A DNA stretch of 64,000 bases, from NCBI GenBank assembly GCA_951406725.2, contig OX597832.1, positions 186,001-250,000 on the forward strand. Reading direction: 5' to 3'. This DNA is from Octopus vulgaris. Taxonomy: Eukaryota. Of the stretch, positions 25,401-38,760 are shown piece by piece. How positions within the stretch are numbered: position 1 is the stretch's first letter; every line of letters starts with the position of its first letter. The notes under the pieces are model-generated. The model was not told the origin of the DNA. It saw nothing but the letters and a program-made list of their open reading frames with translations, and made no database searches. A program made the translations under genes and the position numbers.

Positions 25401-25515
25401 TATTGTCACCTGATGAGACACTTCTGCTCTGAGGGATGCACCATAACTAGATGTATAGATTTCCACTTGCAAGGTATCGATGCAGGATGTGTCGAAATGA
25501 TTTTTGTGAGCAATA
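25401..25515 (+). ncRNA. Type I hammerhead motif with long stem II (family B)
   Basis: tattgtcac-CTGATGA-gacac ttctgc...gcagga t gtgtc-GAAA-tgatttt-t-gtga(g)caata. Core is canonical; stem III is decayed. Confidence 0.7.
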
Positions 25516-26424
25516 AAATTTCCCGTGTATTCCATTTTCCATCTGCATCATTTGTTTTATACCCAACATACACTGAGGTAAATCCAGCAACAATTGTGTA
25601 ATTACCATCAGTGACACCAGGTAACTATAGACAATGGACATGCTTTAACAGCGTACCACTATGTACATTCTTAACACTTAAATATTAGCTTATACACATA
25701 AGCCCTCACCTCACCCACACAAATAAGCACATAAATCCAAACCAGGTTTGGAAAATAGCGCTCAAATACCAAAGGTAGAGTAATATACAATTTATTAAAA
25801 CCAAAAATATCTTCACTAACTGAATCTAAGAGTTTCATGTGACCTTGCAATGATACTGAATAAAGTATAAACTACAAGACCACTGTATGTTGTAGCAGAA
25901 ACAGTTTTAAGCTAATGAAGTTCATATGATAATTGTTTATTTCGTTATTTCATTTTCCAATATGCACACACACACACACACACCATTTAACATTCCTGGT
26001 CTTTGCTGACATAAGTTGGAATTTGACATGATCCAATGGTTTCTATTGCTGGATGCTATTCCTAATGCTAACCACTTTACGTCAAGTATTGGGTGCTTTT
26101 TTGTGCTACCAGCACTACTGATTGCACTGTGCAATTTTCAAGATTAGAAATCCCGAAGAGGTGGCTTTATACTTGAAGATGAGGGATTAAAGTATGAAAG
26201 AAAGGGCTAATGACATTCATAACCAGCCCAATGTGTTTTCATACATCCCTAGAACTTTTTCTTGGGATTATTTCCACAGTGGAAGGTCTTATCTCATCTG
26301 AATGAACTTTAATGTGTTAAATACACATTTACACAAATATATTTTATTCAATTTGGCTTTGTGTGACATATGTGTACATACACACACACACACACACACA
26401 CATGTATATATGGGTATTTGTTTA

Positions 26425-26865
26425 TTCATTTAGTTGTTTCAGTCATTTGCCTGCGGCCATGCTGGAGCACCACTTTGAAGAGTTTAAAATTGACCCCAGG
26501 ACTTATTTTTTAATCCTAGTACTTATTCTATCAGTCTCTTTTGCCAAACCATTTAGTTACAGGGACATAAACATAAGAACCCTTGTTGTCAAGTGGTGAT
26601 AGAGGTGGGGTGCAAACACAGATACAAAGACACTCAGATATATATATATATATACTGCCTGACTGTCCCCTGTGCCAGTGGCACGTTAAAGCACCCACTA
26701 CACTCTTGGAGTGGTTGGCATTAAGAAGGGCATTCAGCTGTAGAAACGCTGTCAGATCAAGATTGGAGCCTTGTGCAGCCATCTGGTTTGCCAGCCCTCA
26801 ATCAAATCATCCAACCCATGCTAGCATGGAAAGCAGACATTAAACGATGATGATGATGATGATGA
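26425..26865. mobile_element. SINE 3' part (minus) followed by RTE tail (plus)
   Basis: gcggccatgctggagcac..gttgtcaag, then gttggcattaagaagggcattcagctgtagaaa..taaacgatgatgat. Confidence 0.7.
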
Positions 26866-26929
26866 TATACATCAGCATTTATCAGTTTGTGTTGCAAGAT
26901 TCCTAATGTGAAATCATGTGTTGAAACAG

Positions 26930-27236
26930 ATATTGTTGTACTTCAGGATGGTCGTTTTTTTTCCGGTTTTTTTTGCCAAATAATCACAAGCACTATATAT
27001 TTGTTCTTCACTCATTTATTACTGTTCTTATGTTTTTCTTTTTATTTTAAATCATGTCCATTGTCTGGAAATCTTTTATCACACATCTGCAAAGAGGTCA
27101 CAGATGTGTGACATAAGATTTCCAGACAATGGACAAAATTTAAAATAAGAACAATAATAAACAAATGAAGAGCAAATGTATAATGTGTGTGTGTTTATTT
27201 GGCAAAAAAAAAAGACCATCCCGAAATACAACAATA
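26930..27236. repeat. ~300-bp palindrome
   Basis: tgtccattgtctggaaatctt..cacacatctg and cagatgtgtg..aagatttccagacaatggaca around a short loop at ~27090-27100. The arms extend to tattgttgta and tacaacaata. Confidence 0.85.
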
Positions 27237-27250
27237 TATATATATATATA

Positions 27251-28272
27251 AAAACAAACTTTTATGTACTTTCGCTGTGAATGGTTTTGTTAAGCAGTGT
27301 CAAGTTTTACAATTTACAATTCTGTAAATAATAATGATAGTATTTTATAAGCTTAAAGCTTATAGCGATCACCACACAATGACTGAGGAAAATAGTCTAA
27401 TGCTGGTGCATATAAGCCCTCAACAGAAAAAGTAGATTTTCTGTATGCATGGGACTCAGACCCACATCCCTTTGCTTATGTGACTAAATGTGCTACCGGT
27501 GTTACTAATTACACCAGCAAACTAAGCTGCTTTTCCCCGTCAAATTTAAGAACTACATTAGTTTGTAATTGCTTTTGTAAGCAAGCTTTCATGTGCTTGG
27601 TTTTGTTAAGCAGTGTCAATTCTGTAAATAATAATAGTATTTTATAAGCTTAAAGCTTATAATGATCACCGTGCAGTGACTAAGGAAATTAGTTTTATAA
27701 TGGGGCACATAAGCCCTTGACAGAAAAAGTAGGTTTTCCTGTACAGGTGGGACTCGAACCCACATCCCTTTGTTTACACAACTAAGTGTCTTATCAATTA
27801 CACCAGTGAACTAACCTGCTTTTTCCTGTGAAATTTAAGAACTTCTGTCGAGGGCTTTTTCCTGTGAAATTTAAGAATTTCTGTTGAGGGCTTAAATGCC
27901 CCATTATTAGACTATTTTCCTTAGCCATTGCATTTTGATCGCTTATAAAATACTATTATTATTATTTACAGAATTGTAAAACTTGACACTGCTTGACTCT
28001 GCCATTCTTAGTGAAAGCACATGAAAATTTGTTTACAAAAACAACCATGAACTAATATAGTTCTTAAATTTGACAGGAGAAAGCAGGTTAGTTCAATAGT
28101 GTAATCGGTAACACTTCGTCACATAAACTAAGGGATATGGGTTCACGTCCCACGCATACGGGGAAACCTACTTTTTTCTGTTGAGAGCTTATATGCCCCA
28201 TTATTAGACTATTTTCTTTAGTCATTGCGTGGTGATCGCTATAAGCTTTAAGCTTATAAAATACTATTATAT
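27251..28272. repeat. Tandem plus inverted ~316-bp units containing a tRNA-like Pol III gene
   Basis: Two units in minus orientation, then ~1.3 units in plus orientation. Each full unit has A box t(g/a)gtgtaat(t/c)gg, B box ggttcgagtcc and a T-run terminator. Confidence 0.85.
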
Positions 28273-28299
28273 ATATGTGTGTGTGTATGTGTATATATC

Positions 28300-28880
28300 T
28301 CTTTCTCTTTTACTTGTTTCAGTCATTTTGACTGCGGCCATGCTGGAGCACTGCCTTTAATCGAGCAACTCGACCCCGGGACTTATTCTTTTGTAAGCCC
28401 AGTACTTATTCTATCGGTCTCTTTTGCCGAACCGCTAAGTAACGGGGACATAAACACACCAGCATCGGTTGTCAAGCAATGCTAGGGGGACAAACACAGA
28501 CACATACACGCATACATATATATATACATATATACGACGGGCTTCTTTCAGTTTCCGTCTACCAAATCCACTCACAAGGCTTTGGTCGGCCCGAGGCTAT
28601 AGTAGAAGACACTTGCCCAAGGTGCCACGCAGTGGGACTGAACCCGAAACCATGTGGTTGGTAAACAAGCTACTTACCACACAGCCATTCCTGCGCCTAT
28701 ATGTATGTATATATACAATGGTTTTCTATCACTTTCCATCTGCCAAATCCACTCAGAGGGCTTTGGTCAGCCCGAGGCTATAGTAGAAAACACTTGCCAA
28801 AGGTACCGAGCAGTGGGACTGAACCCGGAACCATATGGTTGGGAAGCAAACTTCTTACCACACAGCCATACCTGCGCCCG
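28300..28880 (-). mobile_element. Octopus-type tRNA-derived SINE, full copy plus a second head
   Basis: Reverse complement of 50727-51130; the tRNA head is duplicated at 28718-28880. Confidence 0.85.
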
Positions 28881-29574
28881 ATATATTTAAATGTTTTTAC
28901 ACTTTTACACATTTATTTATTTATTTGTAAACCTCTTGGTACATTGTAAGTGTTTTGTCTTAAATGCTCAACTAGTTCACTAGAAATACTTGATGACTTC
29001 TGCTACCTAAGTAACATAATTAGCAGTAGAGGTGCTTGTTCTGTAAAGTCTATATGTGTTTGGATGCTTAATGTCAGTATGCATGAATTCCAGATGACAA
29101 GCTGAAACAAAGGCAATTATATGTAGTAAGCAAGAGTAAAGACTGCATTCACATGGGCACATGATGTCTAGTGGGGGAGATGGGGGGTGATTGCTGTAAG
29201 CAAAAGTGCCGTATATTCCATGCTAATGGAAACTGTGGAAGAAGGTGACCAAGGAAGAAATGGGATGAAGTGGAAATGGCTGACCTGAACATGCTACATC
29301 TCATAGTATTGACAAAGGACCATATTGATTTTCAATGCCCTGTACTGCAGAAGACTCGATGACTTGTGATGAAGCAAATACGCATTCAAATGATGGTAGT
29401 GATAGAGAGAGATTTCTGTATGCATATATATATATATATACATAGATATAAATACATATATATATATATATACATAGATATAAAAATACATACACACACA
29501 AATACACACACACACAAATAAATATGTATATGTACATACACAGAGATGGATGGATGGATGGTCGGTAGGTAGGT

Positions 29575-32500
29575 AGAGCTTTTCTTTTAGGGAAGGAGAG
29601 AAAGAAAAAAGTGGGTCAAATTCTGACCAAAAGGGATCGTAAAAAAAAAGGTGGGGGCTGATCAATAGGGATCATGTATCACAGAAATGTCAATGTAAAA
29701 AGAGAAAGCAGGTTAGGTTTATCTGTGAAAAGAGAAGCCTATAGAAAATACCATGGGAACCTTGGGTAATAGTTTAATGCAAAAAAAACACATTACAGTA
29801 AGGGGCTCTCTTTTTCCATTCGCTTTTTTTTTTTTTTTTGTTTTATAGGATTATGCTCAAGTTGGCTCTGTCATTCACACGTTCCATCCTTGCTACATTC
29901 ACCCATCTTTTTTGAAACATTCACTAGACGAAACTTCTCTCTCTACTTTCACCTTCTGCTTCAAGTCATACTTGAAGAAGTCGATGAGAGATTGACCAGA
30001 GAGGAAAGTGTTTATCTCTAGACCTTTCAGATGTGTCCACCATACACATTCTTTCGCCTTAGCCATAAGTATGATGAAAATGGCTCTTCCTTCACGTTTC
30101 AACAATATTCATGATAGATTCAGTTGATAAACCGACTTGTCCCACATGCAATAGCAGTTGTTCAATATAGGCCCACAGGTCAGAAATGGTTGAACACTGT
30201 ACAAGTGTGTGCAGGACGATTTCGTCGCTCTGACCGCATCTCAGACAAGTTGGCCCCGTGTTTCTTGAACCATGCCTATAGAGCTTATCCCGAATGGGTA
30301 GCACTTCTCGATAGCACTGCCGGGCTAGGGATCTCTGGAAGTTGTCCATAGGTCCCAGCCCAAAAGTCACCTTGAACAGGCATGTCAGGTATTACTCGTC
30401 GACGCCCAAGTTCGCCCTGAGATTATTGTTGTACCTCCCCTCCACTAATCCCATATAGAATGCCTTCATTGTGTTGAAGTTGCTCGAAGTCGACCCGGAA
30501 TGGCATAGTTGCCTGAGAGCAACACAACACTCGTGGTGCAATTCACTCTTCTTTGGCCTCTTTTTGATCCACGAGTGCAGTTCGGTCATGGAGACGAGCT
30601 GCGGGAAAGCGCGCTTCACAAACGACGACCACACCTGTTCACCATCATCTACATAGAGCCGGAGATGTCGCAGTCTCAGCATGTGTCTGCACATCATCAG
30701 CCACGGCATGCCCAGCCCTCCTTTTAACGGGTGTTGGCAGCAAACGTATTGCTTGACCATCAGAACGCATACTTTCCACAAGAAGCGGAAGAGAATGTGT
30801 TCTAGTTTGGTGATGGTAGGGTTGGGACAAGGTACGACAGTCAGGCGGTAGTAGATGGCGGATGCGATGTACATGTTCGCCACCTCTGCCCAACCTTTTA
30901 GGGACAGCATCCTCACAGTCAATTGCCGGGCGAGAGTGACTACCCTACTTGTTATCTCGTTCCAGTTCTTCTCCATTTGGAGGTCTGGACCAAACCAGAC
31001 CCTGAGCAACTCAACTAGACTGTCGGTCCAGCGTCCCACAACAGAGGTGTTGGTAGATGGCATGGGCTTGCTTCTCCAGGTGCTGAGCTGCAAGCCCATT
31101 GACTTTTCCTGGTTGATTTTCGCTCCTGTTACTGCTTCATAGTCTTTCAGTGTCTTGCCGACCGGCTCGGTGTTCTTCTGGCTAGACACTATGAAGGTGA
31201 TGTCGTCCACATATGCAGACACGCTCGTCCTACATCCCAATTCTCGCAGGATGCACCTCAGCGTCACCAGCTTCTGCAGTAGTGGCTTGAGAGTCAATAC
31301 GTGTAGAAGCAACGAGAGGGGGCATCCCTGACAGACTGAACGAGCAATGTTGAAAGGTTTCAATAGATGTCCATTTTCACGGATTACCGAACAGATGCCT
31401 TTGTACAAAGCAGCTATCCAGCCGTGTAAGACGGGACCGAAACCAGCCACTATGAGGACAGCCTCCAAGTATTGATGGTCTACCCTATCAAAAGCTTTGG
31501 ATTGATCCAAGTTGATCGGGGCCCCACTCATGCCTGGTTCCTTAACTACCCTGTCTATGATGTGGCGCATCAGATGGAGGTTCTCATGGATGCTCCGGCC
31601 TGGCACAGTGCACGTTTGTGCCTTGTCGACCAGTTTCTCGATGACAAGCGCCAACGTTACGGCTCCTCGGCTCACAAAACCAGTTATGCTCCCGTTTTGC
31701 TGCCAGTTGTAGTACACTGCTGCCAAGATATCTCCAAACAAGTCTGGCATACAACTGTAAAGCTCATAGGGTAGACCATCCAAACCCGGTGATTTGTCCC
31801 TCGAGCATTCTGACATTGTGTTCCGCATTTCCGCCGCCGTGATGGCACCTTCACAGCACCTTGCCTCTTTTGTCGAGAGTCGTGGTAGGCAGTGTAGGTA
31901 GGCACTGAAGTCCACCCTGCATTCTCGCCCGCCACTCGTCCCGAACAGTCGGGCTAAATGATGTTGAAAGGCCTCACACATTTTGCTTGGCTCGAGTAAT
32001 TCACGCCCCTGTTCATCCACCAGAGACCGAATGGTGGCTTTGTTGCCCTGTTGTGCCTCCGCCACATGGGTCTCTCACGTGACTCCAACACCTTAATTCC
32101 TTAGAGCACGCATCCTAGCTCTAACAACACACCCTTCGAGTTTGGCGTTGAAGTGTTGGTCGAGAGCCAACCTCGCTGCCAAAACGTTGGATACAATACC
32201 ACTTCTAATTGCCTCATCTAGCTTCTTAACTAGGTCACCTTCTACTCTGTTTCTATCTATGGCTAGTGCTTTGTTATACCTAATCACTTCTGCTTTTATT
32301 GCTCTCTTGAGGGCAAACCACCATTTGTTGTTGATGATGTCTCCTGTCAAAGCCCTCTTTACTAGTGTGTTAATCCGGTCTCTGAAAACCTGTCTTGATG
32401 GGAAAGCCATGTTTAGTTTCCAGTACCCAGGACCCTGCCTATGTGACTTACCTAAGTCTAGCGTACATGTCACAAGTTTCTGATCCATGTAGCTGACTAT

Positions 32501-33990
32501 GTGGAATTGTGGACACTCTACGCTATCTCTATCTACTGTCCTACACAGTATCCTATCTAGATATGATCTTGACAACCCAATGCGGTTGCTCCATGTCCAC
32601 GTTGGCGCATTTGGGTGGTCAAGTTGGTACCTGTCAAACAGTTGAAAGCATCTGAGCAGGTCTCTGAGGCATTTGCATCCCTGTCTATTCCTATTTCTGC
32701 TCACGTAGTCTACATGTGTCTAAGGTAGCATTCCAATTCCCCCATTAAAAGTAAAGGACGAGACATTCCTAGGAATACTTCTAGACATCAAAAGAAATCT
32801 GGCCAACTTGTTAAAGGCGGTGTGTAGACTGATACGAGATGAAAAGTGCACCCATTGCTGCTGTCAACATCTAGGATGACCAGTCTACCCTCTGGGTCTA
32901 CGAATATTGTCTTTACTTCGAGATCCAGACTCTTGCGAAAATATACCATGATTCTCTATACTACCCATTCTCAGCAGACAGAGAAAAATAAATGTTAAAC
33001 TGTCTGCCAAACATGGACTTTAGGGCCCATGGATTATGGAGTCTGGTCTCACTTATGGCTATGATTTCTAACTTCTGTGACTTTATATCATTTAAGAGGT
33101 ACCCTTGTTTCCAAGGGGACCCCAAGCCACGCACATTTACACAACCAGTCTTGATAATAATCCCAGTGAATTAAAACACAAATGAAAGTAACAGAGGGTT
33201 ACTTACTGCTCAAAAGTTTTTGCTTTCTCCTCCTTTGGTTTGTCGTTGAGGAGATCCCAATACAGTTTCTTCGTAAGGTATTTTTGGCATTTACCAAACT
33301 GCACTGGGGAAAATGCCTTTTAGTGTGTGGTGTAGACTTCGTAAAATATGTAGTATTTTGATGTGATCCGGTGGTGTTGTGTATGGGTGGTTGTTTGTTT
33401 TTATGTCATCTGTTATGTTTGTGTTTGATTTGATGTATTGATTTGTTGTAGGCTTCTATGTGTGTTTGTGTAAGTGGTTGTGTTGTTGTTTTCATTGGTT
33501 GTTGACTGTTTGTGTGTGGTGTGTGCAGTATAGGGGATGGGGAATCTATTGTATTATTTTTTGTTTTTCTGTTCCTTTAGTTCTTGCTGTTGTTGGTGGT
33601 GTTGGTATTTTCTCAGGTGTTGTATTATTTTTGATTGTTGATGGATTTGCTTGGTGTGCTTCTTCTGTTGTCTTCTGTGTTGATGGTGGTGTGGGTAGTA
33701 GTGCTTTTTTCTCGGAGTGTTTTGGTTGTGGTTGTTGTTGTTGCTCTCGTTGTGTGGCAGTTGGACACTTCTTTTTCAAATGTGTCTTGCTGCCGCACCG
33801 ATAGCAGTGTGGTCGCCTGCTCTCCACCACTACATAAAGTTTGTAGCCTTCTGGCAGTTTTATAGTGGGGGATACCTTTTCTGTTGTTGTTTCATCAATT
33901 TGAAGGAGTAATTGCATTGATTTTCTATTCCAGTTTTGCTGTTCTAGAACCTAAATAAGTCGGTATCATCACCAAGTCATCTGTATGCAG
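29575..33990 (-). mobile_element. Tx1/L1-clade LINE (ORF1 C-terminus, APE-RT ORF2), pseudogenised
   Basis: ORF1 CYRCGSKTHLKKKC zinc knuckle. APE motifs CVNVRGL, SYLDRI and GPGYWKLN. RT motifs KSPGLDG, LDQSKAFDRVDH, QGCPLS and AYVDD; GGLG; C-terminal CLRC..E...H...C. Confidence 0.93.
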
Positions 33991-34244
33991 AGCTGATGTG
34001 GAAAATCGTTTCATTAGATTTTCATTGCGGAAACATACTTAGATTGTGCCAAATTTATGCAACCAATTGACGTATTCCTTGTGAGCCCATACAGGGCGAA
34101 GGCATTTTTCTATTTTTTGCTGTGGTGCACTTTCTGGTCGTCTTGTCTTTGTGTTGATAACTTTGTATATGATTGGGTTTTTTTAGTGTGTTTTCCATGA
34201 TGTGTTGTGGAATGTGGAGATGTAAATTATTTCGATAGATAAAG

Positions 34245-34445
34245 GGAAAGTTTACGAAAATAAACAAAAGACGAAGGCAGGTGGAGTACAGACAAACAAA
34301 TGTATTAGTATAGCGCTCAGGAATAGAAAAAGTCTTTTACGTTTCGAGCCTACGCTCTTCGACAGAATGATACACAGAAAAAAACAAGGAGAGAAAAAAT
34401 AATGTGTGTAGGAGCTAACGATCTATCATGGCGTCCTGATATATG
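34245..34445 (-). mobile_element. PLE-type terminal repeat, family A, with hammerhead-like motif at 34333-34370
   Basis: Minus strand tcatt-CTGTCGA-a-GAGC-gtag-GCTC-GAA-ACGT-A-aaaga. Homologous to 1005-1190. Confidence 0.7.
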
Positions 34446-34481
<36 letters not shown>

Positions 34482-34619
34482 GATAGATAGATAGATAGAC
34501 AGACAGATAAAAAAATTCACCTAGAAAGCTGAAAGAAATGTTAAACTTTCATCAGCTTGTCAGCTGCTTGTTTTGAGTAGATGACAAAGTCATAACCATG
34601 ATGCACCAAGACGGTAGCC

Positions 34620-34830
34620 AATCATCATCTCCATCATCATCATTTAGTATCTGTTTTTCATGCTAGCATGGGTTAGACAGTTTGACTGGAGATGATAAGC
34701 CAAAGAGCTGGACCAGGCTCCAGTCTGCTTTGGCTGGGTTTCTACAGCTGGATGCCCTTCCTAACACCAACCCTTCCATAGATGGTACTGGGTGTGTTTT
34801 ACACATCATTGGCACATGGTTACATAAAGC
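34620..34830 (-). mobile_element. RTE-derived 3' tail
   Basis: catcatcatt..catgctagcatggg..ttctacagctggatgcccttcc. Confidence 0.7.
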
Positions 34831-35719
34831 ATTATAGCCAAAAAGCCATCCTGAATGGCAATTCTCTTGACCACAATGTAGACAACTATACAGTTGATCT
34901 GGAAGAAGATCAATTTGAAATACATTACTCTTATAATGTAGATTATTTATAAATTTATGGCTTCATACTTTATTCCAGTATACAGTCACAACATCATATT
35001 TACATGCACAGAAACACATTTTTTCCTTACAAAACAAATTTGAAGTATTTTTCTATATGTGTATGATAAAACATAATGAATTTGACATTTCCACAAAATA
35101 TAGTTATTAAATAGTGGTGTGTCTTATGCAAGAGTGCGTCTTATATGCTAACAATTGTACTACTCTTTGCAGCCTTCTTCCTGTCTCATTGTCCTATTCA
35201 CTTCAATCATCTCATCTCTCTACCATTCATACACCACCATCTCTTATTTCCCCATTAACTATGAAGTTCACAAACGAAGATTGTTTACCTCTTGCAGCAT
35301 CCCCCCACTTCACCCTTCTTCACTAGCTCTGTGTATGACAGACTATTCATCTATCCTCATCACTTTACTTTTGCCCACCTTCCCACCATCCACCTCCCTA
35401 CTCACCTCTGTCATTCATTTCTCTCTCTCCCCTCATTTGTGATGCTCACTTGCTTGCCATACATCACTCCCATGACTCTTCCTCTACACCTCATCTCTCT
35501 GGTTTACCCCACCACCACCACCACCACAACAGCTTCCAATCTTCTCTTTCAGTGACATTCTCTAGATTCTTTTCACCTTCATCTAGTTTCTCTTTCTCAT
35601 ATTCTCTGAATGAAATTGTTATTTTCATGCATAAAAGTAGTTGTATTGTTTGTATTTTCTTAATGTTGTTTGATCAAGTCATTAAATCACTGGGAATATT
35701 TGGATGAAGGTCTTATATT

Positions 35720-37305
35720 GATAGAAGAAGACAATTTTAGGGTAACCACGAGAGGAAAAAGAACTATTAGTATCATCAAGAATCACTACCAAAACTAGAG
35801 AAGAATTTTCAGTATGGAATCAAAATGCCTTAGAGTTAATTTAGTAAAGACCAAAGTCCTAGTAAGTAGGAAAACAGATAAATTACCAATCCCTCCTGGG
35901 AGATGGCCCTACACGATATGCAGAAAAGGTGTAGGTAGAAATTCCATATGGTGTATCCAGTGTACACCAGTGTAAGCTATGGACACATAAGAAGTGCAGT
36001 AATATCAAAGGAAGATAAACAGAGGAAGTAGTTTTTGTGTGTGGCAGATGTGCAGGTACAGTAAATATTAGGAATGTACAGAAAATAGACTTTCTCAAAT
36101 GTTTGGTGGGGAATCCTTAGAAGTAATAGATAGCTTCCATTACCTAGGCGACCAGGACATCAGTGGAGGTGGATGTTCTGAAAGTGTAGTTGCTAGAATA
36201 AGAACAGGCTGGGCAAAGTTCAACATTCTCTGTTAGATAGGTAATGTCAGTGTACATGTACAACAGAGTGTAAATGATTTAACAGAAAAATTGGGAATAA
36301 GAAGCATCAAATGTAGTCTGCAAGAGAGAAGGCTGCACTGGTATGGCTATGTGATGTGTATGGATGAGGACAGCTTCATAAAAAAGTGCTGGTCTCTAAT
36401 TATGGAGGAACGTGTGGAAGAGGTTGAGCCTGGAAGATGTGGGATGAAAGGTAAGAAACAATCTTCAGATGTTGAGCCTCACAGAGGAAATGACAAGGGA
36501 CTGAGACTTCTGGAAATATGCTATGCTTGAGAAGACACATCAAGCTAAGTAAAATCATGGCCAGCCATACATACAGGCATGTCATTTACAGCCATAACCC
36601 CCTCCCCCCCATAATCCGTTCTCTGTCAAAATTCCCCCACAACTCATCTTCCCTACACCCCCACCACCACCAGCAGGACCTTCTATTCCACTCCCACATG
36701 TGTCCATCGACATTCTCTCCATGCCTTCACATATCTACCATACCCCCTTCCCAGCCTCTCCAACCTCTCACCATCAGTTGCTACATCTATAAACATCTAT
36801 CACACTCTTATGGAGCATTGCCCTTTATCTCCTTGGCACTACTTATACTTGCCCTCCATTGTTCTCTGTAGGTAGGCCCCAATTTCCAACACCATTTACT
36901 TCTCTCTCAATCCGTCTCTCTATTTTTCTCTCTAACTTTTTCCCACCATCTTGTCCTACATGGGTAGCCAAGTATCTCCCCTATAGTAAGACAAGTATTT
37001 CTGTTCCCTTAATATACTCTGCTTGGTACACAGCCACTTCTCTTAGTTCCACTCCCTCTTTCAGCTGAGAGGTCTTTGTGTTACAAACTACTTGGCAACC
37101 CCAGTCAGTGGTGGTAGTACCAAGTAAAAAGCATCTGTGCTAGTGCAACATAAAAAACACCTAGTACACTCTATAAAGTAGTTGGCCTAAAGAAGGGCAT
37201 CCAGCTGTAGAAACTATGCCAAAACAGACAATTGGAGCCTGGTGCAGCCCTCCAGCTTGCCAGCTCCTGTCAAACCATCCAACCAATGCTAACATGAAAA
37301 ATTGG
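35720..37305 (+). mobile_element. RTE LINE 3' portion, decayed
   Basis: LRVNLVKTKVL, a C..C..W.HKKC insert, DSFHYLG, LQERRLHWYGYV, then the RTE tail at ~37170-37300. Confidence 0.8.
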
Positions 37306-37987
37306 TATTAAATTATGGTGATGATAAAGAACAACAACCTTATGTCTGTAATATTCCATTTAGCAGTTTTATGGAAGGCACCGAAAACTACCACTCTACC
37401 AAAATGTTGATACAATGTGGTAGTAGAATATGATTGTGAAGGATTTGTGGAAATTGATTTGACCATATAATTCACAGAGGAGATAATGTTAGGACCTGGC
37501 ATTAAGACATAGAGGGTGATTCTGGATATCATGTGTTAAAAAATTGTGAATTAAGTTCAGATGGATAAAAACAAAGGTACCAAAGATGATGAAGACCAGA
37601 AATCATTGCCATCAAAAAGCAGACTTTGTTATACAAGAATCTCTTGGTAACATCCTTTTGTATATTGATATGTCAACAGAGACTGATGCTTAGCAATATG
37701 ATCAACATCTTAGAACCTTAAGGGAACCCATTATTTAAAATTTCAATTAGCAAGTAAACAAATCTCTGTGAGTGGGAAACAAAGACTGTTGGTTCATCAT
37801 AACTACTAACTGATAATGACAATTTAATTCTACATCTACATCATTAAGTGTATCTATTACAACAGGTAACAATCTATAGTGTTAATTTATACATACTTAA
37901 ATGTTACATAATTTTATACAATATATTTGTTTCATGTAGTTTTATATATATATATATATATATACACAGAAATATAAATTTATATAA

Positions 37988-38040
<53 letters not shown>

Positions 38041-38409
38041 TATATATGATACAATGTATGATCAACTTGGTAAACATTAACAAAATTAAAGAAAATACTG
38101 TAAACATGCAATATTTTGTCATCACCTTTGTGAGGTTCAGCATCTTGCAATTGTTCTTCACCATTTCATACCATGTCTTCTTAGGCTTTATCCTCAGGTT
38201 CTATACTTCAAGTGCTTGACTCCATACACATCACATGCATGTACCTGCACAGTCTTTTGCATACTACTGTAAAGTGGTTGACGTTAGCCATAGAAACCAC
38301 ACCAAAACTGATGTAGAGTGTGATACAACCCTGTGGCTTACTGAATCCTGTCAAACCATCTAACTCATACCAGCATGGAAAACCGGCATTAAATTATTAT
38401 TATTATTAT

Positions 38410-38760
38410 TATTCTCGAGTGAGTGGTGCATACCATCAAAATGACACTGGAGTACAAACACACAAAACTTAATATACCCATCATGACTATCCGTCTGATA
38501 AGAGTACACCAAGCTCATGTATCACAACCATATGTGTATGACATGGTGATCTCATATCAAGATAAACAGCGCATGACCTTGCAGGTGGGGCCAAGTTAGA
38601 ATTTTTTTTCAAGTTGAGTAGCCCATCCTTCTAAAAAGGTCCCAGAATAAGGGTTATTTAAGGATGTTGAATGAGACACCCATGTTTCCAGAGGTAAATT
38701 ATTCAAACCTCAGAGAATTCCTCACAACACATGGTTAGATGCTCCCCAACTTCTACTGCC
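38410..38760 (-). mobile_element. SINE with (ATT)n tail
   Basis: Homologous to 57460-57670 and bounded by (ATT)n. Confidence 0.7.

Noticed and set aside
37560-37700. HQKADFVIQ..LLYIDMS as a host exon or RLE remnant
   Set aside because: Too short and decayed to assign; the surrounding frames have stops.
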